Source of the DNA: Octopus vulgaris
Taxonomy: Eukaryota
Length of the DNA: 64,000 nt
Assembly: GCA_951406725.2 (NCBI GenBank)
Contig: OX597815.1
Location: 67,270,001 to 67,334,000, forward strand
Direction: 5' to 3'
Both the position numbers and the translations under genes were made by a program. The notes below the pieces were generated by a model that saw only the letters and a program-made list of their open reading frames with translations, was not told where the DNA came from and did not search any database. Below, one piece after another: positions 30,566-43,915 of the stretch. Position 1 is the first letter of the stretch. The number at the start of each line of letters is the position of its first letter.

Positions 30566-31849
30566 GCATGTGCACACATTTCATGATTGTCGGTGCACAG
30601 TTACATATAGCCCATAACAGTTGTAAGCTAATGAAAGTGTTTACAGAACTTCCGTTTTCTTGCCATTCGTTTACACCCACGCCCACATACACACTTATTC
30701 ATGCATGCGCATACATGCTCACACACGGATTCTACTTTGTGTTTTACCAGTATGATATTTGTGGTTATTGCTTATACGAGTTCTCTTGAACATTTTCGAA
30801 ACAAAATAAAAATATTTCCCAACACAACTATAATATTCATAGAATATAATTTGCCATAATAGTTACACAGACAAAAGAAGGTAAGCGCCAACCTATTATT
30901 AACAAAGAATGATGTATATTAAAAAACAAGAAACAAAATATTTGCCGTAAAATTTCCGTTAAATAAAAACTTTTGAAAAATATTCGTTTCAAAACGGATA
31001 CTATCTTAGCATTAAGTTTTCACTAAATACAATAATATTGTAATAACATATACGTACATTGAATATTTTTAAAGTAAAATTAAAAAAAATATGATTTCGT
31101 TAATAAAGTAAAAGTGAGATTATTTTTACTTGAGGATTTTTATCGCATCATCCTTTTTTTTTGTTTTTACAGAATACAGCATAAAGTGGATTTTATTATT
31201 TTTCTGTTAACAAGTTAATTTTTGATAGAAAAAGAAGAAAATCACATTGAAATTTCTAAATTTTACTTGTACCATATCACAGGATTGTCTCTTACTACTG
31301 CAAACCATGTGACAAACCATGTTGTAAATCACATGATTCAAGTGGAAATTTGAAATTTCTAAACGAATTATCATGTTTTCAATCAATTTCAACGATATTA
31401 ATCAAAATTTAATGTTTTATTTATATTTATGTCTTATGCATATTTTATTTTACTCTTAATGCTTAATTTTAAAGTTAATATTTATTCTGATACGAATGCT
31501 TTATTTTCTTTGTCATTTAAAAAAATATTTCTTTGTATTTTCATCACCTTCCTTTTATAGGATTGATAGCAAACAACGAACGAAAAGAAAAAAAAACAAT
31601 TCTACAATAAAATTAATTTGTAAACCTTAAAAAATTATTTAGTTTTAAATGTTTTTCCAGTAAAGATCAGAAAATAGCTTCTATTTTAAACATTAAACAT
31701 TAAAATATATTGTACTTAGTTTACTGTAAGTCTTAAAAAATATATACCTAGACATACATCCCTCCTACACATATACAATATCAATATCTGATGCGCTATC
31801 AATTCTGCCTGTTCGCCACCTTAGTTTTAATAATAAGGATAATGATAAT

Positions 31850-32805
31850 GATATGGCATGAATCGACTATCTAAAAGCATACAATATGATACCACGCTCT
31901 TGGATAACAAGAATCATGGAAGTGTATTGAGAAGCAGAAAGCGTGACAAGCCTTATATGGAACAGTATGAAATGTTTGAGAACTGAAATGACAGCAGGGA
32001 ATCAGGAATTAGGAGAGGTAAAAATCAAGAAAGAAATCTTCCAGAGAGATAGTGTATCTCCACTAATCTTTGTACTGGGAATGACCCCAATGAGTGAAAT
32101 ACTACAGAAGACAAAGTTGAGAAGAAAACGTTGAAAGGGAAAACTGAACCACTTTCTATTCATGGACGACTTGAAGTTGCTCACAAAACGTGAGGCAGAA
32201 CTGGAAAGTCTGCGGATTTTCTCGAATGATATCGTGATGGAGTTTGGACTCTCAAAATGTGCTACGATGATGATAAGACGAGGAAAACTTGTCAGGACAG
32301 AAGGCATATGTATGACAAGTGGTGAAATGATGAAGGCAATTGAACCTGAGTCCGGTTATAAATATCTGGGAATACTTGAGGCAAATGGAATTAAACTCAA
32401 CGATATGAAAGAGTACCTGCGGTGAGTGAGAAAAATATCGGCTTCAAAGCTGAATACCAGAGACATAATTATGGCCAGAAACTCGCGCGCAGTCGCAGTT
32501 GTTCGGTATGGTGCTGGAATCCTGAAGTGGATAGAGGAGGAGCTAAAGGAGTTGAACAGGAAGACAAGAAAGCTCCTAAAGATGCATGGAGCTCATCATC
32601 CACGTGCAGACACTGATCACCTATACATGAAGAGAGCAAATAGAGGAAGACTGTGGAAGACTGCACACGTATCGAACTTGGGAACTTAATGAGATACCTA
32701 TCTCACAGTAAGGAAACCTTGCTAGTGTCAGTTAGGAATGCGGGAGTATTGAAAGCAGAGAAAAAGGGAAAAACAAAGGAAGAAGTTCAAAAAGAACACC
32801 AAGAA
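31850..32805 (+). mobile_element. Non-LTR retrotransposon RT fragment, R4/Dong-like clade, pseudogenised
   Basis: AWIDYLKAYNMIPRSWI, IFQRDSVSPLIFVL, LNHFLFMDDLKL, FSNDIVMEFGLSKCA, YKYLGILE, LNRKTRKLL.MHGAHHPRAD..LY. Begins next to a degenerate (TAA/GAT) tract. Confidence 0.88.
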
Positions 32806-33068
32806 GCATCTGCTGTCTCTTCTATTATTTCTTCGTCTTTCTTTCTTTCATTGCATCTCAATTTCTTTCCTCTATTACACCATGTATCTGACTTCAATTT
32901 TTGAATTACTTTTTTCTCAACGTTTTCTTTCTCTCGCTCTTCCACTATCTCTTCATTTTCCTCTTCCTCCTCTTTTCTGATTGAAGCCTTTGTACTTTAT
33001 TCTCGGTTTCCTACTTTTACCTTCTGTGTTTATCGTTTCAGTTACTTCACTTCCTACCTACACGTACA

Positions 33069-33124
<56 letters not shown>

Positions 33125-33234
33125 CAAATTCATTGCTTGCCTGTTTTTATATTTCTACTAATCTCATTTAACTGTCTTTAGCTCTCGATATCTCATAATC
33201 CTACACAACCATCTGTGTATGTGTATATATATCT

Positions 33235-34175
33235 GTTGAATAAAGTTAAAACATGGGCTGGCTTTCACGTTTTTTATTATGGTATTTTAACATAAAAGAA
33301 AATTTGTAACGTTTATAAATTTCAATTAGCGCTTTCATCCGTTCGTAGTAATCATCAGATTTCAAAATGAATTTAACTGACAGTTGAATTCTTGACAACT
33401 GTAGTATCTCTTAGAACGCTCCAACAAACTGAATTTTTGGAATACGATTTTAACCAATCCGCATGCAGCTTAAACGTCATGGTTTGCCGGGCGTACCGAT
33501 ATTGTGTAATCTGTTTATATACATATGTTAATGTTATTTTTTAATCCACATCATTAACTGGTTGTTATATTGTTGTTGCTATTTATGTTCAGAACAGGTT
33601 TGAATATTTTATTAAACCGTTTTTCTTTTATCTTTCTTCCAACCTCACTTGTGTCATGTAGTTTGTGGAAAGGAAAAAATTAGAAGAATTTTCTGACCAC
33701 ACGTTTCTATATGTTCGCTCAATAGTATTTGGCGATCATTAGTGTTCCGGATTTGTTGTCTGTGGATTCGTGAGCGTTCCGATAAAACATTTCCTGTCTC
33801 GCCTATATATAGTCCTTCGCAATTCGGACATATAATGGAGTAGATCAAATTTCTGTTTTTGCAGTTCATATCCGCTTTTGCAAAAATCTGTCCATTTTTT
33901 GTTCTAATGGATCTACCAACAGGCATGTATTGACATGTTCCACATCTGTTATCGTTACACTTGGATACTGTGACTGTTTTATCCTGTTTGTTAATGTTGA
34001 ATTATACCTTTGTTAATAGGTTCTTTAGGTTATGTGGTTGCTTTTTGCTTAAGATGCTTAATTAGTTATAATGCTTTCTAATATTTCACTTCGTTTTATA
34101 ATTGCCAAATTTGTTTTGATGATGTTAAAAATGCTTGGTGATGCGGATTGTGTGTTGCTAGAAATGGTATTGAAT
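33235..34175 (-). mobile_element. Penelope-like element 3' portion (Cys linker, GIY-YIG endonuclease, pLTR with HHR)
   Basis: Minus-strand CNDNRCGTCQY...MNCKNRNLIYSIICPNCEGLYIGETGNVLSERSRIHRQQI..SEHIETC; HHR-like motif at 33324-33361. Confidence 0.9.
33324..33361 (-). ncRNA. Minimal hammerhead-like motif in a PLE pLTR
   Basis: Reverse complement aat-CTGATGA-ttactacgaacggat-GAAA-GCGC-TA-att; palindromic AGCGCT helix III; stem II imperfect. Confidence 0.65.
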
Positions 34176-34345
34176 AAACCCACACATTAGAATAATCACA
34201 CACACACATTTATTTTGAAATGCTGTAACTGGTTAAAAATTTACGTAATGGTTGTATATCCTATTACATATTTATATGTTGCGCAAACCTGAAATGTACG
34301 TATTAAATGATTTTAAAATCTCACTGTTTGGTTTGACTTTATATC

Positions 34346-34379
<34 letters not shown>

Positions 34380-34457
34380 TGTATGTATGTATGTATGTAT
34401 GTATGTATGTATGTATGTATACACACAAACACACACACACACATATATATATACATA

Positions 34458-35153
34458 CACTACGTTTCAAATTATTAACGACGTAACATTTTAAACAAAT
34501 TTATTTGAAAACTACTAGTTGGAATTCAACAAATTTATGTTATCTTCTACCCATTTCAGACAATTTTGTATGTGTATTTTGTTTAAAGGAGGCCTTTTAA
34601 CTGATGTCACTGGTTTACCGACCTTATTCGGAACACGACATCGGGTAGTTCTGGACACAGTTGTTTCGCCAATGCACATTAAAAATTCTCCACTTGTAAG
34701 ACCTGGTTTCTTTAAAGCTTCAAGCTTAATTTGTGACAAAGAACATTGAAAACCAACCCTCGACTGACTATTGTCGGCTTTCTTATGTATCTTCGTAGGA
34801 AATGTAACAATGTTTTTCACATTCTGGTGATATCTTCTAATTATTCTAGATATTTCTAATGTTGATTTACCTTTCAAAAATTCAGAATAACAGACTTCTC
34901 TGAAGCAGTTAAGTCACATTTACAACTCATGATTACACAACTATCAGACCACTCGTTAAAAATATAGGAACTCTGAAAGTTCGTGGTAATCATGCAAATG
35001 GTCTTGGTGTGTTTACACTTGCGCAAAACTTCACGTTTTATAAACACCACGTGCATATAATGTTGCTATCATTCTGTGGAAATTTCATTGAATTCCAACG
35101 AGTAGTTTTTAAAGAAAATAAAATGTTAGTCGTTAATACTTTGAAACACAGTG
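34458..35153 (-). mobile_element. Internally deleted Tc1-like DNA transposon
   Basis: Roughly 34-bp imperfect TIRs (cactacgtttcaaattattaacgacgtaacatttt / aaaatgttagtcgttaatactttgaaacacagtg), with TA on the left and CA (mutated TA) on the right. Minus strand encodes a Tc1 N-terminal HTH region (DLTASEKSVI..GKSTLEISRII..VSRTTRCRV..RPPLNKIH..LKW); the DDE domain is absent. Confidence 0.88.
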
Positions 35154-35154
35154 C

Positions 35155-35298
35155 ATGTATGTATGTATGTATGCATGTATGTATGTATGTATGTATGTAT
35201 GTATGTATGTATGTATGTATGTATGTATGTATGTATGTATGTATGTATGTATGTATGTATGTATGTATGTATGTATGTATGTATGTATGTATGTATGT
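35155..35298. repeat. (TATG)n microsatellite
   Basis: Direct inspection. Confidence 0.98.
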
Positions 35299-35322
35299 AT
35301 ATATGTGTATGTATGTATGTAT

Positions 35323-35354
<32 letters not shown>

Positions 35355-36090
35355 GCGTGTGTACGTTTGCGTGTGTATGTGTATGTGAGTGTCTGTGACT
35401 GTGTATATATATATATATATATATAAATAATGTATATATACATATGTATGTGCATGTATATATATATATACACACACGCACGCACATACGCATACAGCAC
35501 TCCCAATACTGATAGAATTCTGTATTCGATCAACGCCGGTCTAAAAGTACATTTATTCCAATTACGAGCCAGTAGTTCTACGACTTTGATAGACTACGGA
35601 AAAAGAACCCCCGCCATACACCAACAAAAAAAGCAAAGGATAAACATAAAAAGAAAGTTATTATTAGTCTCAACTACTGAAAAACAAGAACAAGAAGTAG
35701 AACAACAATTACAACAACAACAACAACAACAACAACAACAGTAACAAGAACAGTAGCAGCAGCAGTAAACAGCAACGACAACAGCAACAACAACAACAAC
35801 GACGACAAAAACAACAACAGAACGAACAATGAAAAATAATGGCTGATTGATCCTTTCACCTGCTGTAATTCTCTTATTATGTTTCAGAGCCAAAAATGGC
35901 TTCGGTGTAGCAGAAACTGTGTAAGTTTCGCCCCACTAGATTCTGCGTTCGAATCTGTGAGTGCGTTGTTGAACGTTGCTTTTTATACTTCTAAGATCGC
36001 AGAAAAATACATATTAGGCATGGATCGGCTCGCTTCAAATTGAGAGAGAGAGAAAGTAAGAGAGAGAGAGAAAGAGAGAGAGAGAGAGTA

Positions 36091-36122
<32 letters not shown>

Positions 36123-36620
36123 AGAGAAAGAGAGAAAAGATACAGTGAAAAGAGAGAGTTATAAAGATAGGGATAGATATATAGATAGATTGAGAGTGAA
36201 AGTGAAAGTGATTAAATTGAGGGAAATAGAAAGATGACGATAAAGAGAGAAACGGAAAACCCAGAGAGAAACGAGAAAGCAGAGATGAAATAAGTGGGAA
36301 GAGGAATTGAAGGGCACCAACAGAAGGAAAAAGAGACTTTAGAGGAAAATGAGTTGGTTACAAAGATGGAGAGAGGGAGAAAGCTCCATCGAATGAGGTG
36401 TACTTCTAGTTTCGAAATCACGGTCATCTAACTTATCGTTTCGCAGTCGTATTTATATAATTAATGAAGGAAACGTAAAATGGATTTGGTACGAATCCAG
36501 TGAATATTATACCGTAGCTGTAGATGATGACATCAGGCAGCCCAAAGGTGAAAGTACTTCAATCGACATACTAATGGACATATACCCAAAGTCCAAATAA
36601 TTACTAATATATATATATAT

Positions 36621-36694
<74 letters not shown>

Positions 36695-36699
36695 GGAAA

Positions 36700-36835
36700 T
36701 AAGGCGTCCAGTTAGCAGAATTGTGAGCTCGTCTGGAAAAATGCTTAGCGGCATATTTTCTGATTCTTTACTTTCTGAATTCAAATCCTGTTTTAGGTCA
36801 ATTTTGCTTTCATTTTTTCATGGTCGATAAAAAAG
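36700..36835 (+). mobile_element. SINE family A, 5' part
   Basis: aggcgtccagttagcagaattgt..aaaatgcttagcggcat..ttctgaattcaaatcc..ttgctttcatt..ggtcgataaa. Confidence 0.7.
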
Positions 36836-37892
36836 TATATATATATGAACCTTCGTCAGAATTTCCATGAATGAGTGTTGAATCAATCAAGTAAGCTACC
36901 AGCTCATTGAATTAGTGTGTAAGTGGCTGAATATTTTACAAATAAGTCTACCGTCTATACTATAATGAATAAAGCTGTTTATTAATAAATATGCATTTAA
37001 TAAAAGGAAGCAACTATAAAGTTACACTATCTAGAAAATTCTTAAAAATTCCAATTTTAGTATTTTTTAAATCAAAATGTTTTTTTTTAAATTCATTTTA
37101 TTTCGAAAGATTTCAGCTACATGGGTCAACCAGAAAAAAAAACAAAACAAAAATTTTAATTCACTGCAACGTCTCTGTTTACATTTCTAGAAATATAAAG
37201 GTTGTCCACATATTTGCAACGCTGCTTTTTATAGACATAACAGTAAAAATATTTCTCTAAATTATCAGTTTAATCAAGCATCAGCCAAATTATGTTGATT
37301 TCAGAATCCTTTCATATTTATTAAGTGTTGCTGAAGAAACAGAAAACTGAGTTAAAAAAGTTGTTTTAATTTACTTACGTCAGTTGTACAAAATATAAAC
37401 GTATAACTCTCAAACACCGTCAGCGTTACAAGGCTGGATCTTTGAATTAAAGGTTTCAATCAAACCGAACAAAGTATGGGTCTACCCGAGGCTATAGAAA
37501 AGAAAACGATATATTCCCAAGAAGCGATATATCGGTATCGGACCTGAGACTTGATGATCGCGAAGCTAATATTTTAATCACTTGGCCATACTGCATACCA
37601 TTTAGAGACCAACTTTGTTTTATATTTCCTAATCTATTCACGCTGATCTAGACCATAACCAACAAGCCTACAAATTTCATCGACTTTCTTTATTTGTGGC
37701 CTTAAAATATATTGATGAATTACCGATGCGTAAGAAACAGCACACTTTTGCGTCTCTTTCTGATAAAAAAAATATATATGATCTATAAACCTACATTCTG
37801 TAAGAAAACAATAATATGCTTAGTAATGCACGTTTATCGTATAACGAGAATATAATTCTAATATTGTCTTTTTTTTTCTCTTCTTATTGCAG

Positions 37893-38066
37893 GATTTAGT
37901 GGCCTGGATAACTCTTGGGTTTCACCACATTCCTCAACTGGAAAATATTCCAAGCACGAACACTTTGGGAACAAAAGTCTCTTTTCTCTTGATGCCATTT
38001 AACTATTTCGACAAAGACCCGTTGGCAAGCGAGAAGGATAGATACTTCTTTCCAGTTGATGACTGA
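37893..38066 (+). CDS. AOC: Terminal coding exon of a copper-containing amine oxidase (AOC/diamine oxidase family)
   Basis: Polypyrimidine tract and acceptor (ttttttttctcttcttattgcAG), then phase-0 open frame DLVAWITLGFHHIPQLENIPSTNTLGTKVSFLLMPFNYFDKDPLASEKDRYFFPVDD-stop. Matches the AOC C-terminal signature DLVAWxTxGFxHIP..E.IP...F.L.P.N.FD.DP, which includes a copper-ligand His. No upstream exons recognised in this window. Confidence 0.92.
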   Translation, partial: DLVAWITLGFHHIPQLENIPSTNTLGTKVSFLLMPFNYFDKDPLASEKDRYFFPVDD

Positions 38067-38076
38067 TGCACAAGAT

Positions 38077-38155
<79 letters not shown>

Positions 38156-38381
38156 CACACACACATGCAACACACACACACAACACATACACAAACACAC
38201 ACACATGCACACACGCATATGCACACATATGCACACGCAGCTATACATGCACACAGCCCAACAGGCATATATCCATCTATACATCTGCACACATAAACAT
38301 GCACATATATTATAGATACATACATATATGAGTATACCTACACATATATGTTTTCATATACGTATAGATATGTATGTATAC

Positions 38382-38424
<43 letters not shown>

Positions 38425-38618
38425 CACACACACACACACACATATAATTATAATAAAGTGTAAAAATCATTAATGATTTTACCAAGGGGTTAGCGCGAAA
38501 ATAAAAACCTTATAGGTAAATTTTACAAATATAATAATAATTATCATAATTATATACATAATTATATATATATATAATTGATATATATATATATATATAT
38601 ATATCAATTATATATATA

Positions 38619-38790
38619 CTTTATTTAAAAGCAGCAGAAATATAACAAAAGCTGTTACTCAGAGTTTCACGTTCCCGTACGTCGGGCAGTTTTGTTATAT
38701 TTCTGCTGCTTTTAAATAAAGCATATTACTCTACCTCTGGCATTTGAGTACTCTTTGTTCCACCTTGTTTCACATTTATGTGCTTACACC

Positions 38791-38792
<2 letters not shown>
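38619..38792. mobile_element. Foldback solo pLTR of the 25594 HHR family
   Basis: Perfect 32-bp inverted arms at 38619-38650 and 38690-38721 enclose a minus-strand hammerhead core; inserted in (TA)n. Confidence 0.8.
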
Positions 38793-38826
<34 letters not shown>

Positions 38827-39246
38827 TGCATACATTTATATATACAAAGTATCACTTAGGTCACAGCAGAAACAGATGTAAGTTAATGGAGTTCGTGACT
38901 GTTAGGGTAGTAGTATTAATAGTAAGAGATGTATTTCGTATTAGACTTTTATTAGGTAGGGTACATATTTCGACCCATCAGTTTGGGTCACTTCAGGTAC
39001 ATAGATAAAAAAGTATCACTAGAGATTTTTAGTGTCGGCTTGCTTGTTGTTTTATGCCCATCAAGTTCGGGAATGAATAAAAACAAATGATATAATAGAA
39101 ACGCAGAAAAAAAATATGAACGGAAAAATCATGCGTTCCAGTTTATATAGAATGACCTAGAAAGTAGGAGAAAGGAAGATTAATAATACACATACATATA
39201 CATACATACATACATACATACATACATACATACATACATACATACA

Positions 39247-39318
<72 letters not shown>

Positions 39319-39880
39319 CATACATATACATACACATACGTATATGGACATATATACACAATCTTATATATGTAGGTACACATGTGCATATACACACATA
39401 TACACATACACACACATGCATAAAGATGCATATAAATGCGTACATAGACCCAGATACACACACACACGCACACACACGCACACACACACGAAGACAGATA
39501 GACAGACACACACACTCGTATCATATATATATATATACATATATATCCATATTCACATACATATATAGATACATCTATACGCATATACACATCCGGATTG
39601 TACAATTACATGTCTAAATACATGTTATTTCGATACTGTTCTTTTTAGTATGTGAGGTTTTCACTAAGGGGGATTAATCCGAGTCGTTGGTGTTAGGTTT
39701 GCATTAGTTAGGTATAGTTTAGATTGTAGTATGTGAAAATATGCTTAACTGTATGCAGGTACCTAGGTAATTGTTCCGTAAATCTCTTTATACAGTGCTC
39801 CTTTGTTAACAATATTGAGAGGGACTTAACATAGCTGGCATTTTCTGGATAATGTGTTATAGTGAGACTTCTTTATCAAT

Positions 39881-39923
39881 GTACCCGAAGAGACCCAGAC
39901 TTATGGGTCGAAATATATTGGTA
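39881..39923 (+). ncRNA. Minimal hammerhead-like motif, with an inverted relative at 38961-39000
   Basis: gtac-CCGAAGA-GACCCA-gactta-TGGGTC-GAAA-tatattggta. The minus-strand relative reads gtac-CTGAAGT-GACCCA-aactga-TGGGTC-GAAA-tat-gtac; stem II is conserved while the loop differs. Confidence 0.65.
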
Positions 39924-40000
39924 AATATATCTGTTAAAATGAGATGTCAGTGTTATTTTTACATTTGCGTGTCTTTATACGACAGTTTATTCACTGCACA

Positions 40001-40038
<38 letters not shown>

Positions 40039-40897
40039 CATGATATAGGCCTCTCGCTTCTACAATTTCATTACATAACATTTTGAAATATTTATAACGA
40101 TTGAATTAGTTAAAACGCTTCACTAAATCAAAACTTCACGATATCCAATCTAAACTGGCATTTCTACGATATACTGTATTGTTATGTTACGAAAATAGAG
40201 TTGTGTCTTCATAATGTCATGTATAAATAGCTAGAACGAGTGAAATAGTTAAAAACGTTTTGTCCAAATATATACTAAAGCCATTGGCACCTTATTCATC
40301 TCATAAATACCCATGCAAATTTTCAATCTTGGTGTTAAACTTTCGAATTCTTAGTGTTACATTTTCATTCTCGTTTTATTTTATTACAAGTTTTTTTTCA
40401 GTCTAGTAGCTAAATGTGGAAGAGAGTATAAGACGAGCCTTGCTTTCGTCTTAATAGTTAGAAGACAGTTCTTTAAAAAATCGAATTCCTATTTTATTTA
40501 TTTTCGTTTCTCTTGATTCTCTTTATTTATTTATTTATTTATTTATTTTTCCCATTGTAACGCAACACGCTGTCAGTTCAAATTGCAAGATGGGCCTCTG
40601 TTTTTTCTTCTCTCTCTTTTTTTCCAAATTCGAAATTACATCACATAGAATTTTAAGAAACATTGACAGAAGAAATGAAACAAAGAAAATTAAGATATTA
40701 ATAAAAATAACAACAATCCCTTTCGATTTTACTTTAACCTTATATACACGCATTTAGAAAGTTTTAAAAAGTTCGCCATTTCACTGTGTCTATTATTGTC
40801 TGAATAGCAGCAACAAAAGAATCGTGTCTCCTATTTTGGAGACCAATTTTGTTGTTCTGCTGAATGAATTTCGATTGAAGAAAGCGAGTGAGCGAGT

Positions 40898-40952
<55 letters not shown>

Positions 40953-41096
40953 TATATATGTATATATATATATATATGATACGAGTGTGTGTGTCTGTCT
41001 ATCTGTCTTCGTGTGTGTGTGCGTGTGTGTGCGTGTGTGTGTGTATCTGGGTCTATGTACGCATTTATATGCATCTTTATGCATGTGTGTGCATGT

Positions 41097-41132
<36 letters not shown>

Positions 41133-41295
41133 GGAGAGAGGGAGAGAGAGAAATAGGAGAGAGAGAAAAGCGTATGCATACGTACGATTACATAAAATCT
41201 GTCGTTTACACACACACACATCCAACCTCCCAAACGAACACCCACACACCTACATTTATCCCCCCACACATTTGTATTTCTATGGATATATGTAA

Positions 41296-41379
<84 letters not shown>

Positions 41380-42203
41380 ATATATATATATATATAGAGA
41401 GAGAGAGAAAGAGAGACAGATAGATATCTGTATTTATTTTTTATGGGCATATAGGAATGTATATATTGATATATTCGTATAAGTATGTTCTTATATAAAT
41501 GTGAATACAAGTACATATACGCATATATATTTGTATATATATATATGTATGTGTGTGTGTGTGTGTGTATACACACATACCCAGTAATGTATTTGCATAT
41601 ACAATATATATATATATTATACACACATACACGCACACACCTCCAGTATTCACATGCGTGCGAATACATAGATGCATAGTTCCAGTGATAATAATATACT
41701 ATTCTTTCCACAACATTTAAATGACTAGCCTGTCGTCTGAACGCTTGAATACTGACAGAAATATTTCTCTAAACTAATTTAGAGGCAGACGATTAAACCG
41801 TACTACATCCGCCAACCACATGTGCAGACACACAAATGCATAGTACATGATATAAAAGATATATATATATATATATAAATAAAAGATATCCGATAGATAT
41901 TAACGGTTGATGGTCTAAGATTGGCTTCATATTAAGCGGATGAGTTATAAATCCGCTGTTAAAACGAGGGCCGGGAATATGTGTTTCAGGTCCCGAAAAG
42001 CATATTAAAACGCAAGCATATGAGGCGTAAAGCTTGTAGGTATAAGTGATCAAATATTTTCATTTCTTTCTTATTGTTATTTTCATATATATCCTTACGT
42101 ATATTATCATCAATCATATATATATATGTATATATATATGCATGCAAGTATGTATGATGTATGTATGTATGCATGTATGTATGTATGTATGTATGTATGT
42201 ATG

Positions 42204-42249
<46 letters not shown>

Positions 42250-42599
42250 TGTGAAATTTTGGGCATATAGCCAGTCATTTTGTAGGAGGGCCAAGTCGAT
42301 TGCATCGACACATGCTCAATTGATACTTATTTTATTCACCCGAAAAAGTAATAGGCAATTATATCTACGTATATGTAATGTATGTATGTATGTGTGCGTA
42401 TGTAAGTATGTATGTATGCACGTATATACATACATACATACATACATACATACATACATACATACATACATACATACATACATACATACATACGTATATA
42501 TTAGCAATAGTTATAACGATATAGAACATAAAGACTTGTTCATCCTCAACATCTTTTCTCTTATTTTACAATTTTATACAGTATATCTTTATAGTCTTT

Positions 42600-43915
42600 A
42601 TGATCTACACATGTTTCCACTGCACCGAATACGGGCAGTTACAGATGCAATCAGGCACTATTTTCGGTGAAGCTTCTTCAAGGTCTATCCATTTGATTAG
42701 TTTCGAAACAGACTGAGGGGAGTTAATTGTTTGTTAGTTAGGGTTCAAGAGAAGGTCGGAGAAGGTGGGGGTGGGTTGGGAAAATTAAATCAGGACCGTT
42801 TGTAGGCTTCCGCGGTTGACCTCAGATTCACACCAGTTACTGTTCGAAGTCAGAGTTGGGTCTAATTAGGTCAAGGTTGAAGTTTGTGTTTTCGCAGAGC
42901 TCCTTGTGTAGTTGGATACACTGTAGTTTTGTTTTCAAGTGTAGCACTTGTAGTGTAATATTTTTAACTGTTCATCTATTCATTTTCTTTGCTGTGTTAT
43001 GTTTTGCAGTATACATTGGATACAATATAAGCTAGGTTTGTTAAGGAGAGTTATGAAATTTTGCGGGTATAGGATATGTTCTTCTCTCCATCATTTCACA
43101 CTGAACTGTGGGTGGGGCACTGGTTATCCAGAACCGTCTTTCAACTCTTTAAATGTTTTGTCGTGTTTGTGTAAGCACCTTCATGCCTGATCAAGCCTGG
43201 TATTAAGTAATGTGTTACTCGCTGTAAGTATTTGGTATAATTCTTCTATACATAAGTCATATCTACTTCCCCCTGCTCGATATGGTTTCGCTGTGCTGAA
43301 TGTTTCCCACTCCATAATATAGCTATGGTTTTTGTCTTTACTTGACCAGATTAGTTTGCTGTGGCTCGTACTATTCATCTTTTTTTTCGGCCTTTAAAAG
43401 AATTTAAGTGATTAGCCAGCCCTCTCTTGAAATTATGAGAGCTTGCCTCTGTATAAAATTACGTCTTTGCCTCAGAAATGATTATGCATCTACAGCCCAG
43501 GTTTTTCGTCAAACATCTTGAGTTTAACGGGCATACTGCATCCCTGGCACAGTTGCAGAGATTTAATTACTTGTCTCTATCATTTATTGTGTTATGGCTT
43601 CTGCTAGATGTCTCTGCTGTTCTCATCTCTATCGGTCTAGTATTTTTTCTAATATTTCTATGCATACGTATTTGTGCGCTGTTATGTCTAGCGGTTCGCG
43701 TTCCCTTCTTGTAGAGGTAGGTGTTAGGTTTGTTTCCCTTTGACCGCTGGTTCTTAGATTATACCCTCCCTCATTCCAGTGCGTGTTATTTTGGTTTTAG
43801 TGCCCTGGTCCTTTCCGTTATTAACTGTTTCTACCCTTCAGGAGGATTCGTATTATCAATATTTCCGTTGATAGATTCCTTTTTGTCAATTTCCACCGGT
43901 CTATCGGAAGTAGGA
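42600..43915 (-). mobile_element. Degenerate Penelope-like element 3' region (GIY-YIG, same type as 24310-25675)
   Basis: Minus strand 43165-43560 reads CNCARDAVCPLNSRCL...NFKRGLANHLNSF...STSHSKLIWSSKDKNHSYIMEW...AKPYRAGGSRYDLCIEE. Outer boundaries uncertain. Confidence 0.75.

Noticed and set aside
36447-36548. Possible exon (RIYIINEGNVKWIWYESSEYY...) upstream of the AOC exon
   Set aside because: No similarity to the amine oxidase penultimate exon, and a weak donor site.
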